The notes: generated by a model from the letters alone, not told the origin. Positions 14,801 through 29,327 are shown, counted from the stretch's first letter. The stretch is DNA of 64,000 nt from Paragordius varius (GCA_964247055.1 OZ176051.1:14322001-14386000); one strand, 5' to 3'. Numbers and translations: made by a program.

Positions 14801-16903
14801 CTAAAATGGCGATGGGCTTATTTCTCTCGCTTTTTTCACCTTTAAAATAATCAAAGCGTTATGGAAAAATGTATTGTAAACGTTGGCGTCAATATATATG
14901 GGCAATATAATTGCATACAAAAAGTAAACAAAATCAAACACTAACAGTACATTCATAAAGTGGCGTATTCCTAATCTTTTGACTGCTCCTGAATGGTAAT
15001 AATAGCCCTCCAGACTTAAAAATATGATATCAGGTATTATTCCGATGAAGTAATAAAGTATCAGAACAATGTTGGACTTGTAATTAGTTTCGAACTTAGT
15101 AGTAGAAGTCTGGGATATTGTAACACCTAATGTGGGTGTCGGACTTTTATTTTTTACGTTTATGGGATGGTGTCCGTTATGACCATGCATGTTTTTCATT
15201 AACAAAATCGATTTTGTACCGAATCCCAACACAAGTATTGGCGGCATGAGGCGTAAAAAACTGATTAAAACATTTAGATATAAGGACTCTGAGTGACCTC
15301 TTGTAATAAAATAATACCAAATTTGATTTTCTTGAATACATGTTCGTATTCCTTTTTTGTAGTTGAATAGGGTGTACACAATAAGACCACATAAAATAAT
15401 TATAATCGGAATAAATCTTATGATTTTTTTCCTTCTTCCATTTTGATATTGAACAGGGTATACGATTGCAACATATCTGTTAAAAGTGTTTCATATTATT
15501 AACAAAATATTAAAAGATCGCTCGTTAGGTAAATTTAATAATAAAGAATGATACTTAAATGATAACTAAATGACAATAAAAATATGCTAAAAACCAAAAT
15601 TAATACAAAGACCGATAATACTAAATTCATCCCATCCATTATAGTAAAAAAATCATATAAATGTCTTAATATATAAAAAATAACGCTACAAAACTTAGAT
15701 ATAAGATAAGGGTGGCCAACATGCGGCCTTCAAAATTTTTGTGCATCCCGCGTAACATTTCAAATATTATAAAATGAACACGAAATTTCATAATTTACAA
15801 TGCTATAATGTAAATAATTACTTGGGCTTCAACCACAAACTTGTAATAAATTAGTGATAGTACTACTACTATTTTTGTAATTATTTTAACAGTTTTATTT
15901 AATAACTCAATAAAATTACGCCATATATTTTTTGAACAAAAAATGCGATCCGCGAAGCCATTTGTCTGGGTAGGTGCCCCTGTTATAGATGGTTAACCTT
16001 AATAGTGTTATAAAATTTAGAAAAATCCGCAAAGTTTGGTTATATTAAAAATCAATTCTGACGCCCGTTAATACAGTATGAGTAAGTATATATTGCTAGA
16101 AAGTTATTAATTATTGCCAAAAAGCATATGAAACAAAGAGAATATTATTGGCTAATAATGCTGCCCTTTGTTGTTTATAGCAATAATTAATTTCTTTCTA
16201 GCAATGTATACTTAGTCATACTGTATATATTGGACATATGTGTGTAATAAAAATACCCATATTTATCATATGAAAATAGCTATATATATATCGATTCAAG
16301 TTAATTAATAAACATATTTTATAACTTCTTTAAGGGCTGACTTTTATAATATTGATGGAAAAATAGGGTATTAATTAATATAAGAAACCGAGCATGACTT
16401 TTTTTAAATTAATATTATGTAATTAGTGTAAACACGAACCTTATTATCATTAGCATAGCAAAGCAATATTGTTGACTCACAAAGATAGATCTTCTTGTAG
16501 TGATATTTATTATGCTTAACACCAATTGTAAATAAGATATATTCGCCATAAAATTGAAATAAAATGGATTATTTTCTATCCTAGATACAATAAGTAAGAA
16601 GCTTATAAGATTGAGAATTGATATATTGATCCACATCACGTACGTTGGTCTTTCCCAAATATCTTTTATATTGGTAATAAATATGACAAGGAATGCCGCA
16701 TTTAAACACAATCCCGTGAAACATATAAATTTAAAGAAAATATAAATATATAAAAAGTTATGTTCATTTATAGCTGATATGGGACATTTTGTCATTTTAA
16801 TATTTGAAATAGAAGATATTTGAACAGATGTCATTGAAAAAACTAAACTGCTCTCCAGATTAAATCTAATTTGTGAGGTATTGAAGTCAATATTAGGAAT
16901 CAT
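14801..16903 (-). CDS. Divergent rhodopsin-like (class A) 7TM receptor, two exons, 379 aa
   Basis: Exon 1 is 16903-16440 (ATG; donor AG|GTTCGT) and exon 2 is 15476-14801 (acceptor ttttaacag|A). The phase-2 join restores AMLMIIR|YVAIVYP, the DRY-equivalent followed by the typical AIxxP. The joined protein has seven hydrophobic segments, an ECL2 Cys (RTC) and a TM6 Pro (GIIPDII). It joins ORF-track entries 16415-16903 and 14801-15379. Confidence 0.8.
15708..15982. mobile_element. hAT-type MITE in the intron of the two-exon 7TM gene; same family at 21907-22150 and 24114-24402, and one end at ~55135-55183
   Basis: Ends are (c/a)agggg(g)tggccaacatgcggcc and gcggcccgcgaagccatttg...cccctg. The copy at 24114 has an imperfect 8-bp flank match (tttgagtt / ttttagtc). 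Confidence 0.65.
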
Positions 16904-17423
16904 TTGGAGAAAATTTAAAAGATATTAATGGCGAAATGTGATGGATGTAAAGTGGTTTCCAAATAATTAAATTTTAATTAATATTCAATAAATGAAATGT
17001 CAATATAATATAAATTTGCCAACTATTTTCCCTTATCGTTAGCTTTTTGTTTACTATTTCATTTTTAATCATTTATAATAATTAAAATCATATATGTCGC
17101 TTAATTAATGTGAATATTCCATATTCCAGTGCCAAACAGTTTATCAAACCTTTAAATTTAATATATATTATAAAATAATTGCCTTTTTTTAATTTTAAAC
17201 TAATTTTTCAGAATTATTTGTTATAAAATGGATTTATTAACACTTTTTTGCAAAATGTGCTACCTCAAGCCGATTTCTAACCGGTGCAAAACAGTGCAAG
17301 TAATTGGGGGTATAAGGGATACGCTGATAGAATATGAATATTTTGATGATAAATAAATGTATCAGGATTCTCAAGGAACTTATGGTTTGGGACCTTACGA
17401 GCCATCAAATACCATTAATGTAA

Positions 17424-18139
17424 TATACCATTTGCACTTCAAGAGTGTCCTTGAACACTTCAAGTTGGTCCTTGAACATTTCTGGTCCTTGAACAGTTCA
17501 ACTTGGTCCTTGAACATTTCAAGTTGGTCCTTGAACACTTCAAGTTGGTCCTTGAACAGTTCAAGTTGGTCCTTGAACAGTTCAAGTTAATCCTTAAAAT
17601 TTATAAATTTTGATTTAACCATAATTTTTGCATTTATTTTTTTAGTTTATTATTTATTAACCTAATTTTCTTTATTTATTAAATATTAATTCATTTTAAA
17701 ATTAAATTTTTTATTGAAAAACCACTTTTTTGTTTCAAACTATTTTTTTTCAATTGAACAAAATTATTGACTTTTAAATGTTTTTAATGGAAAATTAATT
17801 AATAACCTAGAAAACTTACATATTTTTTTATTTCGTGTTAAAATCTTATAAATATCTAATTATTTAAAGAAATTAATAAGGGTATACGGTTTCTCAAAGT
17901 TTAAAAGTTGATATCGATTTAAAATAATAGAAAATAGATTAAAAACAATAAAATAGATGAATTATTTACGATTTGATTGATAAAAGTTAAAAACAAAACA
18001 AAAAGGAGGACCAATTTGAAGTGTTCAAGGACCAACTTGAACTGTTCAAGGACCAACTTGTATTTTTCAAGGACCAAATTGAAATGTGTAAGGACCAACT
18101 TGAAGTGTTCAAGGACACTCTTGAAGTGCAAATGGTATA
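17424..18139. mobile_element. Foldback-like element, family A copy 1: long TIRs made of 21-bp tandem repeats (aagttggtccttgaacacttc)
   Basis: The left end tataccatttgcacttcaagagtgtccttgaacacttcaagttggtcc is the reverse complement of the right end. There are ~8 units on the left and ~6 on the right around an AT-rich spacer. Confidence 0.85.
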
Positions 18140-18933
18140 GTTGAATTATATCGAAAAATGACAAAATCTGCTCACATTTTTATAATAAATTAAGCGCTTG
18201 AATCCTAAAACAATACCATTATAATATAAACATAAGAGATGATACAAAAGCATAGCTTTAATTTAAAAAAATTTTTGTAAGTGGGTTTTAAAATTCATAT
18301 ATTTTTAGCCCTTCTAGAATCGGCTAGTGTTGAAATAAATGTAAAATTCCAAGATTTCGCGAGAAGAACTTCTAATAATTGTTATTAATTATTTTTTTCT
18401 AAAGTTATTTCATAGGTTTGTGTGCATTAACTTTTAGTTTTTTTATGTTTCTAAGTGCCTCAATGGGTACGAATTTCATAACGCTAATAGAGGATAGAAA
18501 GTTAGGTAATATTTTATAGGGTTGACTAGCATAATTCTTTTGATATAGTTTAACAAGACATCCAAAAGGTATATGAAACCCAAAACATTGTTAGATTTAA
18601 AGTATTCGAGAAATTAAGCATCATGTGAAAATTTATTCCCCAACATATTGACAAGGAATTCCCCATTTTTATATCGTTTTTATATTTTAAACTAATTTAA
18701 ATAAAAACGGCAATCTCAATATAAAGAGGGAAAAATGGCGAACTTAATAAGGGTTTTTTATAACCTCAGGTGGTATCCAAGAAATTAAGAGATAGTAGTT
18801 TACTTTTAAATTTAAGATAGACTTAACACCACTAACAACTCTCCTATATATCACTCTTTGTTTTGTTACTTTTATTAACAATTTACGATTTTAGACACTA
18901 AGTAGGGATAATAAGGGTAGTTAAATCAGCAGA

Positions 18934-19430
18934 TATACCGTTTGCACTAAAGTGTCCTATATCACTTCAAGTTGGTGCTTTAACACTTCAAGATAGTCTT
19001 TGAACACTTTACCTTTATGTTTTAGTATTTATAAACCGTGTATCATTCATTTATTTTATCATCAACTTATTTTCTTTATTTAACATAACTTTTAATCAAT
19101 ATCAACTTTTAATCATCCACAAATTCTATATGTTTATTAATTATCTAAAAAATATTTTATATATTAATAAGATTATAATGTTTAATTAACATAAGTTTTC
19201 TGAGATATTGATTACAACTTTTCAACAAAACAGAAAAAGTAGTATTTGAAAGAAAAATTTTACATGCAAAAATTATGGTTAAATCCAAACTTAAAAAGTT
19301 TAAGGACCAACTTGAAATATTCAAGGAACAACTTGAAGTTAAGGACCGATTTAAAGTGTTTAAGAGCCAACTTACAGTGTTTAAGTCTAAGGACTAATTT
19401 GAAGTGTACACTCTTAAAGTGCAAATAGTA
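18934..19430. mobile_element. Foldback-like element, family A copy 2 (more decayed)
   Basis: Left end tataccgtttgcactaaagtgtcc; right end aaggaccaacttgaa repeats ending ctcttaaagtgcaaatagta. Confidence 0.7.
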
Positions 19431-20215
19431 TGATAAAATTTTAAATATATAGATACAATAATAAATTTTACAATATCAAAATTAAATGGGTAGTTATTCC
19501 AACAAGATCTTCTAAATTGCGAAACGTGATTGATATTTTAATAGCTATGAGCCACTTAAAAATTTCCTTGAATATATGTAATTTCTTCTCAAAAACTGTG
19601 AATATTTTTAGATAGTGCCCATCGAGCTGCGACGAGTCATAGAATTATTTACCCTTTTGTGAAAATTGCTGTATGGAATATGGTATTTGAGCACATTTTA
19701 GTATATAACATTGCAAAATAACTATATAATCATGAGCTATACGTATAAAGCAGCTTTTATATTTTTAAATTATAGATTGCACCGAGGTTCTCAAATTTTG
19801 GGACCACTCTAAAATGGACCAGTTTATAAAAATGCATAAATGCCGAGTGTGCACGGTAGGAATCGTAATTATATGCATGAATTATTATTTTTTTTAAAAA
19901 ATGTTGATTAAAAATGGTGAAAACGGAAGATTAAGATATTATAAAAATATTTTTTTCTATAATTGGATGTTTGATTCTATTGTAAGGGAGCGAAGAACAG
20001 TAAAGTTAAGATAATTTAAAGTGTTCACAGTAAGACAAAATTAAAGTAATAATATGTGTGTGCCAAATAATTCTCCGTGTATCTTTAATAAAAGTAAATA
20101 TGGTATGCGTTTCTATAAACAATCGTATCCATACAATTGGTACTTTTAAATGTTTTCAAATTATATATAACAGATTCAAAATGTGCTTTTCAAATTTTTC
20201 TGGAAAATTTATAAT

Positions 20216-22450
20216 TTTTAGGTGTAATCATATACTATCGGCACAGATAAAAAAATATCAGCAAAAACTACAAAAACAATAAATTGATACAGATCCCATT
20301 TTGTTCATTACACAAACATAAGTTTTGTGACAAAAACTAGCGTCTAATTTTTATATTTCGGTGATCATGTCGAAAAATACATTTGCGATACGCATTGCCA
20401 TCAGAAAAAGAATTAAAAGTTATGTTGACAGAAACATATGGTAAAGATGTTCTCTCGATTAATATTTGTGAAAAATTATTTCAAAATGTTAAAAGTTGTG
20501 ATTCATGTAAGACTGTTGGAGATCACATAAATTAAAGACGCTATAGTAGAATGATGACCCAACTTAAATATTTGAAAGAAGCATTAACTGTTTCACCAAA
20601 ACCAATTAATAGATGACTACGATTAATGGGAGACTAATGGATAAATGGGTCCCATGCTAATAACATAAATCGAAAATACCAAGGTTATATGGGAAATTTT
20701 TCTTAAGCTCACAAAGGAAATCATTTTTGCATCGACGGATGACAAAAATTGTTTTATTTTATAACTCAGAAGCGAATAAATTATGTCTTTCATATTGCAA
20801 GACCATAACACCAAGGCCATATCGCTTCGGTAAAACCATCATCGGTGTCTTTTAGAATAGCGATAGTAGGCAGTGGCGTAGCTAAGGAGGGGGGGGGATG
20901 ATGCACCGGGCGTTATAATTGAAGGGTCGCCGGATTTAAATCATTTTAATTTTATTTCAAAAAATAGGTATTAAAAGTTAATATTTTGAATAATAATAAA
21001 AAAATCACATTATGAGTGGTCATAACTTTCAATCTTGATCAAAATTCTCGTTTAGGTGTGTCAATATTTAAATCTAACAAAATGTTTCATATCCTTATTT
21101 ATTTTATCTCTCCCTTTTATATTCAAACGCCTATTACCTTTCTTAACCTCATCCTGTTCATATCATTCATGGAACCTACCTTCGAATATTTGTTTTAAAC
21201 CACCATAGTGTCAGATATAAGGATAAAATCATTATTTTAATATATTGATTGCTCAATGCCATTGATTTAAAATTCTTTAAATTTTTAATTGATATTATGA
21301 GAAAGAGCAAATTTCTAAATAAATGTTGTTTATTATCCCAATTTAGGGCATGGTATAATCATCTAGATCTACATACATTGCCGTGTTTTTTCTTTTTTTG
21401 TTTCCCTTATAACCATTTTTTGCTGCTCAATTGCAACTTTACTCTTTTCTTAATAAATTAAAAAATTTATTCCATATTCATTATCCATAGGAGAAGTATC
21501 AAATATGATTATATAATTTATTTGATACATTTACAAATATTTTTAATATACAAAATGAACCACGCAGCTTAAAATATTTTATCATATGGCCATCAAATAT
21601 ATTTTATAAATCCATATTGATAAGTGAACTAGAGTTAAAAACTGGTTAAACAATTTATTTTTAACGTATAATTTGCATATGTGTTACCTCAAAAATAGAA
21701 AAAAAGATTTTTTATCAAAATACAATGGAACCGTTATGAAATTGAAAGTTCCATCCGAAATCAGAAAAAATCATTTGTTTCTGTTTATGATAAGCCACAT
21801 TTCGTCCCGCTTATGGTCTGACTCGGGTTGCATAGAGGGGGAGGGGCCGCCATCATGGATTCATGAACCGGGCGCCAGAAGGCAGGGTACGACTCTGAGC
21901 AAATACCAGGGGTGTCCAACATGCGACTCTCTAAAATATTTCTGCGGCCCGCGCATTTAAAATATACAATCATAAGAAATTTAAATTGATTTTCTTAAAA
22001 TTTTCTGAATATATCTTTCCAAATTTTAGCAATGAACTAGCAATAAATCTTAAAATAAATAGTAGTTATTACAGTCTTATGTTTAAAATCTAAAGCCGGT
22101 TTTTCGATCGAAAATGCGGCCCGTAAAGCCATCTGTGTTGGACACCCTTGTTTTAAACCATGCATTTATCGAAAAGAGACCGGAATCGAGTAGACATGCA
22201 AAGGTATTTTTCGACTTGACAATGCAACATCTCAAGCAAAATCTGTAAGAATGAAAACCAATGAAAGAATTTGAAATCGCTAAGATAGGTAATTCCTCCT
22301 AAATAACCAGGCTTGGTGACTTTGGTACTAATTCGTATTAATGTGGCCGATCGTGGAGAAACGTTAAATTCTGGCACGGCATTCATATTCCATGTGACCC
22401 ATAAAAACCTTTATAAACGATTGATTTCCCATCAAAATACATGTTTTTTT
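20216..22450 (+). mobile_element. Decayed mariner interrupted by hAT-type insertions (~20871-22150)
   Basis: The 5' part reads MLTETYGKDVLSINICEKLFQNVKS, DKWVP, RKSFLHR and PYRFGKT. After the inserts it resumes with GIFRLDNATSQAK (the VIFLHDNA-type catalytic Asp) and a PP..PDL-like remnant. Confidence 0.6.
20871..21897. mobile_element. hAT-type insertion(s) with CAGTGGCGTAGC and GGGTACGACTCTG ends
   Basis: GC-rich CAG-initiated termini are typical of hAT elements. No matching TSD was found, so the two ends may belong to different elements. Confidence 0.45.
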
Positions 22451-22699
22451 TTCAAATAACCGGTAAAGACACATAGCTATTTACTTTTTTATTAAGAAAA
22501 CCAAAAAATATTGAGATAAAGATATTAATAGTTTTTAACATATTAGTTTTAATATGCTAATGTATCTTATAATATATTTGTTGACTTGGTAATAATTTTT
22601 TATAATATATAGCAAAATCGATATAGAAAAATACATCAGAAGTATTAAAGCGTAGTGTACAAATAAATTATCTTTAAAAGTGTATAATTGAACGCGAGT

Positions 22700-23490
22700 A
22701 TTCATAACTATTACTAATTTGTGATTTTGATCGACTTCTACTCGTTTCGCCCATCTCTCTATATATAAATGCCTTGCGAAAATTTATATTCTTTGAGGAA
22801 AATCATGCAATTTTTAATGTCTTCTAAATCCAAGAGATGCTCTGGGTGTATCGCATTAATACGAAGTAGTTAGATGGCTCTATTTCCGGAGAGTTCAGCA
22901 GGAGCCAAAATTCCAAAAGAAGCGATTTCAAGTGTCTTTCATTATGTGAGCACCGGTTTAGAACTTTATAATAAAAAAATTTCACATCTCATCAGACCCA
23001 GATCTCGATCTTCTTGCCGCCGCTATTTGGCATGGTGACCGGATTAGCAAAATGAAGGCCACGTTTTGCCGCTATGGAATACAATATCAAGTTTCACATC
23101 ACCCGGGGCAAATTAATCCTAATAAAATTTTCACATTCCACTTTGCGATTTTCGATTTCTTTCAAATTGTAAGGCACCCATTTACCAACTTATTTTTTCT
23201 TTCCATTGCTCGTAGACATCTATTGATTGTTTTTTATGGTACTGTAAGCTTCTACCAATCGTTGAGTGGAGCAACCAATAACTCTTGCACTTTAGCATTT
23301 CGCATTCGTGTTGTCTATGAGACACCCCACGAAATCACTTTTAAAATTCGGAATTTTTTACAATTGTTTATCGATAGTACATGACATGTTTCTGCCAGCA
23401 AGCGATAAATTTCAACAGCATTTTATTCTAATGGCGATTGTTGCAATTACAACCAAAAACATAACATGGTTAATGAATGTGTGTTTGTAA
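22700..23490 (-). mobile_element. Decayed mariner transposase
   Basis: Minus frames give NAVEIYRLLAET, TINRCLRAMERKNK, GKWVPYNLKE (WVPHEL), LNSPEIEPSNYF (YSPDLAPSDY) and RWAKRVE (RWEKCV). Confidence 0.8.
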
Positions 23491-23703
23491 TATAATGTGA
23501 TCAGTAAGGTATATCAAATTAATCTGACGTTTCCGTAATATCTAAGTTGTAAAGTTGTGAAAATTGCAAAACCATCAATAAGTATTCTGATAAAAATAAG
23601 TTTTGCCAATTTAATTATAATTTGTATTATCACAGGTTCTTTGTAATGTACTAATCGATAATTAAACAACAAAATAAACTTAGCCTATATAAATAATGAT
23701 TAA

Positions 23704-24983
23704 ATATACTTTTCCAGTCAAAAAACGTTTTCCCAGTCATTCGAAACATTTTCCCAGCCAATAAAAACGGTTTTATTTTTAATGATAAATATCAAACAAG
23801 ATATAAAAATAACTTTTAACCATTAGGATTTTATTTTTTTATAAAAAAAACAATTATTAAATGACAGTTTTTCCAATTATATTCCAATGCACATGACTTA
23901 TTCTTTAAAAGTTATATTTTATGGCATTTAAGTAATTTTTTATTTTATCAATGGTTCGCATTAATATTCGAGGCTAACTAGTAAAATATATAGTTACGGA
24001 TGAAATAATTTAATATACCATTTTTATCTCAAATTGGTCATCTAACGCTTCAAATTGTATCTTAAACATCTGCAACTTTACCCTAATTTATATAATACAT
24101 TTATCTTTGAGTTCAGGAATGGCCAACACACGCTCCTACGAGATTTTGCGTCCCGCGCAAAATTCGCAAATCCATATGCATACATATGCCCATAAAATCT
24201 TAGTAAAATTAATATTTCTTACGCAATTTTTCTGAATAAGTCTATTTGGTAACGAACTTGAAAAAATTGTTATATTGTGTTTGCATTTTACAGTCTAATG
24301 TCTAAAATCGAATAAATTATTTATGATTGTCCGTAATCTCAAATGCGGAACGCCGTGCTGAGTTAAAAATGCGGCCCGCGAAGCCATTTGTGTTCACCCC
24401 TGTTTTAGTCAAATATCCTTTTTTATTAAATATTTTTATGTTAAACATATTTTTTGTTTAGATATTTTTTTCCGACAGTATTTTTATCGACAAACCTGAC
24501 TTGTCTAAAAATCAATTTGACGTTAGATGATCAATTTGAGATAAAAATGGTATATTAAATCATTTCATCCGTAACTATAGATTTTATTAGTTAGCCCCGA
24601 ACATTAATGCGACCATCGATAAAATAAAAAATATTAATTATTTTCTTAAAAATACTCAAATGCCATAAAATATAACTTTTAAAGAATAAGTCATTAATGA
24701 TTGTGCCTTTGGAATATAATTGGAAAAACTGTCATTTAATAATTGTTTTTTTTATAAAAAAATAATATCCTAAATGCTGATAATGGTTTAAAGTTATTTT
24801 TATATCTTGTTTTGATATTTATCATTAAAAATAAAATCGTATTTATTGACTGAGAAAACGTTTTTATTGATTGGAAGAATGTTTTTATTGACTGGGCATA
24901 TGTTTCGAAGGAAAACGTTTCAATTGATTGGGAAAATGTCTCGACTGACTGGGTAAACGTTTTTTTGACTGGAAAATGGTATA
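23704..24983. mobile_element. Foldback-like element, family B: ~370-bp+ inverted arms with 21-22-bp cccagtca subterminal repeats and a hAT MITE in the loop
   Basis: ~23704-24075 is the reverse complement of ~24510-24983 (for example ttttatttttaatgataaatatc / gatatttatcattaaaaataaaa and agttacggatgaaat / atttcatccgtaact). The right end is gactggaaaatggtata. Confidence 0.8.
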
Positions 24984-27900
24984 GTATAACAAAAATCTTT
25001 GGGATAGTAAAGCACCTAATAAGGATTTCTCACATAAATCTAATGTAAGAATTATATTGGCAATTCAATTGGTTTAAGGCCATATTACATTATTTTCAAA
25101 CTTTAACTATTAAGGAGGATGTATGATTAAAATACTAGCCCAATAGTTAATGAAGTGTATAAAATTTTTTTCCTTGTTAAACCTAATATTTTGATTAACA
25201 ATATTATAAGTCATTTTATTGAAACGATCTTTTAATTAATTCCTCCAACGAAGATTTCGATAAATATGTTATTAATTGCTTTAACACTTTTGGTTTAATC
25301 GACACCATCACAATTAATAATATATTTTTTATGAAATAAGAATAGAAAAACTGTGAATAGTCTATGCACCTGGTTGTTCGCTAGCTCAGTCAAGGTACCA
25401 CAATGATTAATTTTAATAAAGAACAAAAATTTTGGGTTTAAACGAAAAATCTTCGAATTATGGTTAAATTCATATGATCTCATGGATTTTCTAATAAGTT
25501 GCTTAAAGTCCAGATTTTATATCGAGGCGTATTTAATAGAGAGTGGACCTCTGCGGCCAATTCAAAACGGTCTTAACTTTAGTTTACCATTATTATATAT
25601 AATGTCAAAGGTTTTCTATTACATCTTTAAAGTCACTTTCTGCTTATATGGTGTCGCTTTTACAGAGGGTGAAGCCCTCTCCAGCGTAATTAAAAAAGAA
25701 GTTGAAAGCAATGTTTACCTTTGTACTGAAATCCTAATTGAATCCAAATGATCTTATGGATTTCCCTAAAATTTGTGTCAAAGCCACATTGTTATATATA
25801 GCTAATTTAACAGGGGATGGGACCATTAAACATGTCAAAAAAGCGCTCATGATTTTTACTTTTTACGGGTGTTATAGTGCTAACTTACATGCTTATTTGA
25901 GTGAACATTATATTATATTATTACATTAACCTCGCACACAATGTTGTAGTATTATTATATTATTATAACCTCGCAACCACATTATTAGTATTATGGTATT
26001 AATTAATAAACTGTGGAATTGCAGGTAACCTTGATCAATTTGAATACATTTATACCTCATTAAGTTCCATATATATATATATATATATATATATATTGAT
26101 ATACAGTCAACAAACGTGTATTTTTGATATACAATAAATAAATTTGTTTTAATTTATCTACCTTTACGTGTGGTCCCATTTAACATTTGGTAGTCAAGAC
26201 GCAATGACGGACGAACCAATGAATATAGCAGCTCCTAACGCTAGCATTGCCAATATATCCAAAAAAATCAATAATAATAGCAATCGATACAGTAACAGTA
26301 ATAATATTATATATCGCTTACAACATAATAACTACAATAATAAAAACTACTGTCAACCAATAATAATATCGTCTACTGCATGCAAAAATTTGGCAAAATG
26401 AACCATTTCAAAAGACAAAAATCTAACTCCAATAGACAACTTTTGAAGAAGATCAATGGATGCCAAAACACCATTAGTTATAGCATTAATAATAAATAGT
26501 CTGAGGAAAGATTTCTACCACACCGGGCCAGATGTCAGTGTATGACTTTTGCAACTTGGGAACAAATAGGCAAGCCAAACTGCGACCGATGCCGCCGGTA
26601 AAATCGTATAACAACACCACGGTTCCAATGATGGGCTCACAAACGTAAGCGTGGCGATAAACGGCAAACAAATGATGGGGGGAATATGTGTCCTGAGCAA
26701 AACTATGGGGATGGCGCACTTATGTGTAGACTAGACCGGATGGCCAAGTTCCATGAGATGCGACAGATTAAAATTAATTTTCCCAAATTGAATAAGATTT
26801 GCGAAAAGTTTACAAACTTATTCGAAAATAAGTTAGGGTGTTATAAAGATCCAGTAAAAATTCGCATTGCAGCGAATGCGATCCCGAAAATCTGTCCATG
26901 TCGCAGGGTGCTTTTTCCATTAAGAAAAAAGGTAGAGAGAAAGTTGCGAGGCTACAAGAGAAGGCCATACCTACGGTTAATGTCATAAACCGAATGGCGA
27001 GAGACTGTCATATAATCCCCACTTTTGATGAGTTGGTGTCGAAAATAGGCGAAGGTCTTGCATTCACAAAAATTGTTTTAAAAGATGCATACCTATAAAT
27101 GCCAGTAGCAATGAGTGTCAAGAATCGTTAACTATTTTGACCAAAGGTTTTTTTTAGATACAAACGCATGCCGTTTGGACTGGCAACGACACCCATTATT
27201 TTTACGGGTGATGGAACAGGTGCTGGCTGAAAGTCCGGGAACTTGCGTGTATTTAGATGACGTTCTCGTGACTGGTAGAAAGTGAACACATTAACAATTT
27301 AGATAACGTATTAAGTCATCTCAATAGGGCCGAATTCAAATTAAGACAAGATAAAATAATGATAGGTGCAATTACAAATGCTAGGCGGTCCCTTACATGA
27401 ATTAACTAGTAAGAAGAGGAATTGGTGTTGGACCGAGAAACATGATAAAAGCTGGATAGCAGCTAAGAATATGTTAAGCAAAAAGTGTTTCTAACACCAT
27501 ATAATCTTAATAGGAAATTGCTAATAGAAACAAATGCGTCAGATTTAGGATTTGGGTGCATTTTAAGTCATGAGGTTAATGTTGAACGGGTACCGATCGC
27601 GTATGCCTTATACAAATGTAGCAACGCCGAACGAAATCATTTCACTATCGAAAAAAAATTAAAAGCAATATTGTTTGCGCTAAAGTTTCATAGTTTCTAT
27701 ATGGAAGAAAAGTTTAAAATTAACTGACCATTTACCATTACTAAAGTTAATAAATAGAGATCGAAACTTAAAAAATACATAATTCTTAAGTGCTAAGATA
27801 GATTATAAAAAATGTATACGATTTTAAAATAAGTCATTAAAAGGGGGCTCAAAATAGAGCTAATTATTTATCGAGATGTCCGATTGTTGGATCGATGCCT

Positions 27901-29327
27901 ATGATGAAGATTATGCGGTTACCAGATACCAGAGATTTTTAAATTGTTATAACGTGCGGTTAAGCAGAGATGAAATTTGAAAAGAAACCGCGTTAGATCC
28001 GTTATTACAAAAAGTTATTAAAGCGTTAAACAACCATGACTGGAGTTATCCAGAATTAGAGAAGTTTGTAAACCGTAAAGGCGTTGTATCAATATGGCTT
28101 GTTAAGTTTAAATGATCGGATTATAATTCCGAAGCCCCCCCCCTCCCCCCCAAAAAAGTAGGTGGTGAGATACCTACACAGCGGTCATAACAATCTAGAG
28201 ATCAAGAAAGCGATGGCTGGATTTACGTGTTATTGGCCATAATTAGAAAACGACCTGGTAAAAGCCAGTAGTCAGTGCAAATCGTGCCAACGTATAAGGC
28301 CGAATGTAACTTGGAATTCCACTCATCAGTGGGATCATAATGTTGCTGTGCGGGAGCGTTTGCATATTGATATAGCCGGACCGGTAGACGGTTATTATTG
28401 GTTGTTGATAATTGATAGTGCCTCGAAATGGGCAGAAGGGTTTATTTTGGAAAAGGTAACCGCAGCGAATATAATCCATAAAGTAGAAGAAACCTTTGCA
28501 GGGTTCGGGTTTGCAAAAGAAATCGTTAGAGATAACGCTTCGGATTTCCGTAATGAGTACTTCACGTCAACCTTAAATACGTTAGGGGTGAAACATATTA
28601 AGGTTACTCCCTACCATCCTAAGAGTAATGGGATGGTAAAAAAGGTTAGTGGGTACGATAAAAAATAAATACAAGATAATAAAAATGCGATATCCACCCT
28701 CGAAGCGTTTAACACTAGTCTATGGGGGTATAGAAACTCTATACACTCGACATCTAAAGAAACCCCGGCTCAATTAATGTTCAAAGGAACACCCCATACC
28801 CCCTTAACCTGGTTAAAAAATAGGGCGAGATTGTTAGAAGCACCGGCCCTCTGACAGTTTGCGATTAACAAACCAGTGATGATCAAAAATGAACTAAGTC
28901 CAGGTTGGCACACCGGAGAGATCACGGACCGTACAGGTGTTATTGTCATACAAGGTGTGGGACAAAGACTGGGAGAAACTCGTGAGAAAACACGCCGATC
29001 AAATAATACACTAGCCACAACAACAAACTACCACTTTTAGCAACACAAGTGAGAACGACGTGACAGCTGTCAGGGATGATGTTACAATAGCCGATTCTCA
29101 ATCAAACAGCACGATCAACTTCAGTGGCAAAACCGAACCGATTACCCAGACAGCCTCAAGTCTAAATAATAATAATACTTGGAACCTACGACAAACAGCT
29201 CCCTCACAAAAATACATGAAAGACGGTATCTGACGAGAATTTGACAGAAACCCGTCCGCTTTCGTTAGAAGGGGGTAATGTTATAGTGATAACTTACATG
29301 CTCATTTGAATGAGCATTATAATATAC

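Noticed and set aside
17435-18135. 21-bp repeats as a CRISPR array (also 58180-58790)
   Set aside because: The units are head-to-tail with no unique spacers, occur as inverted arms of a TIR element, have no cas genes nearby, and lie in a spliceosomal-intron genome.
17357-19428. ORF-track peptides with SSWSLN / LVLEHFK repeats (also 58666-58869)
   Set aside because: These are translations of the 21-bp tandem array, which stays open because its length is a multiple of three.
23052-23490. ORFs 23052-23384 and 23308-23490 as genes
   Set aside because: They are antisense shadows of the minus-strand mariner relic.
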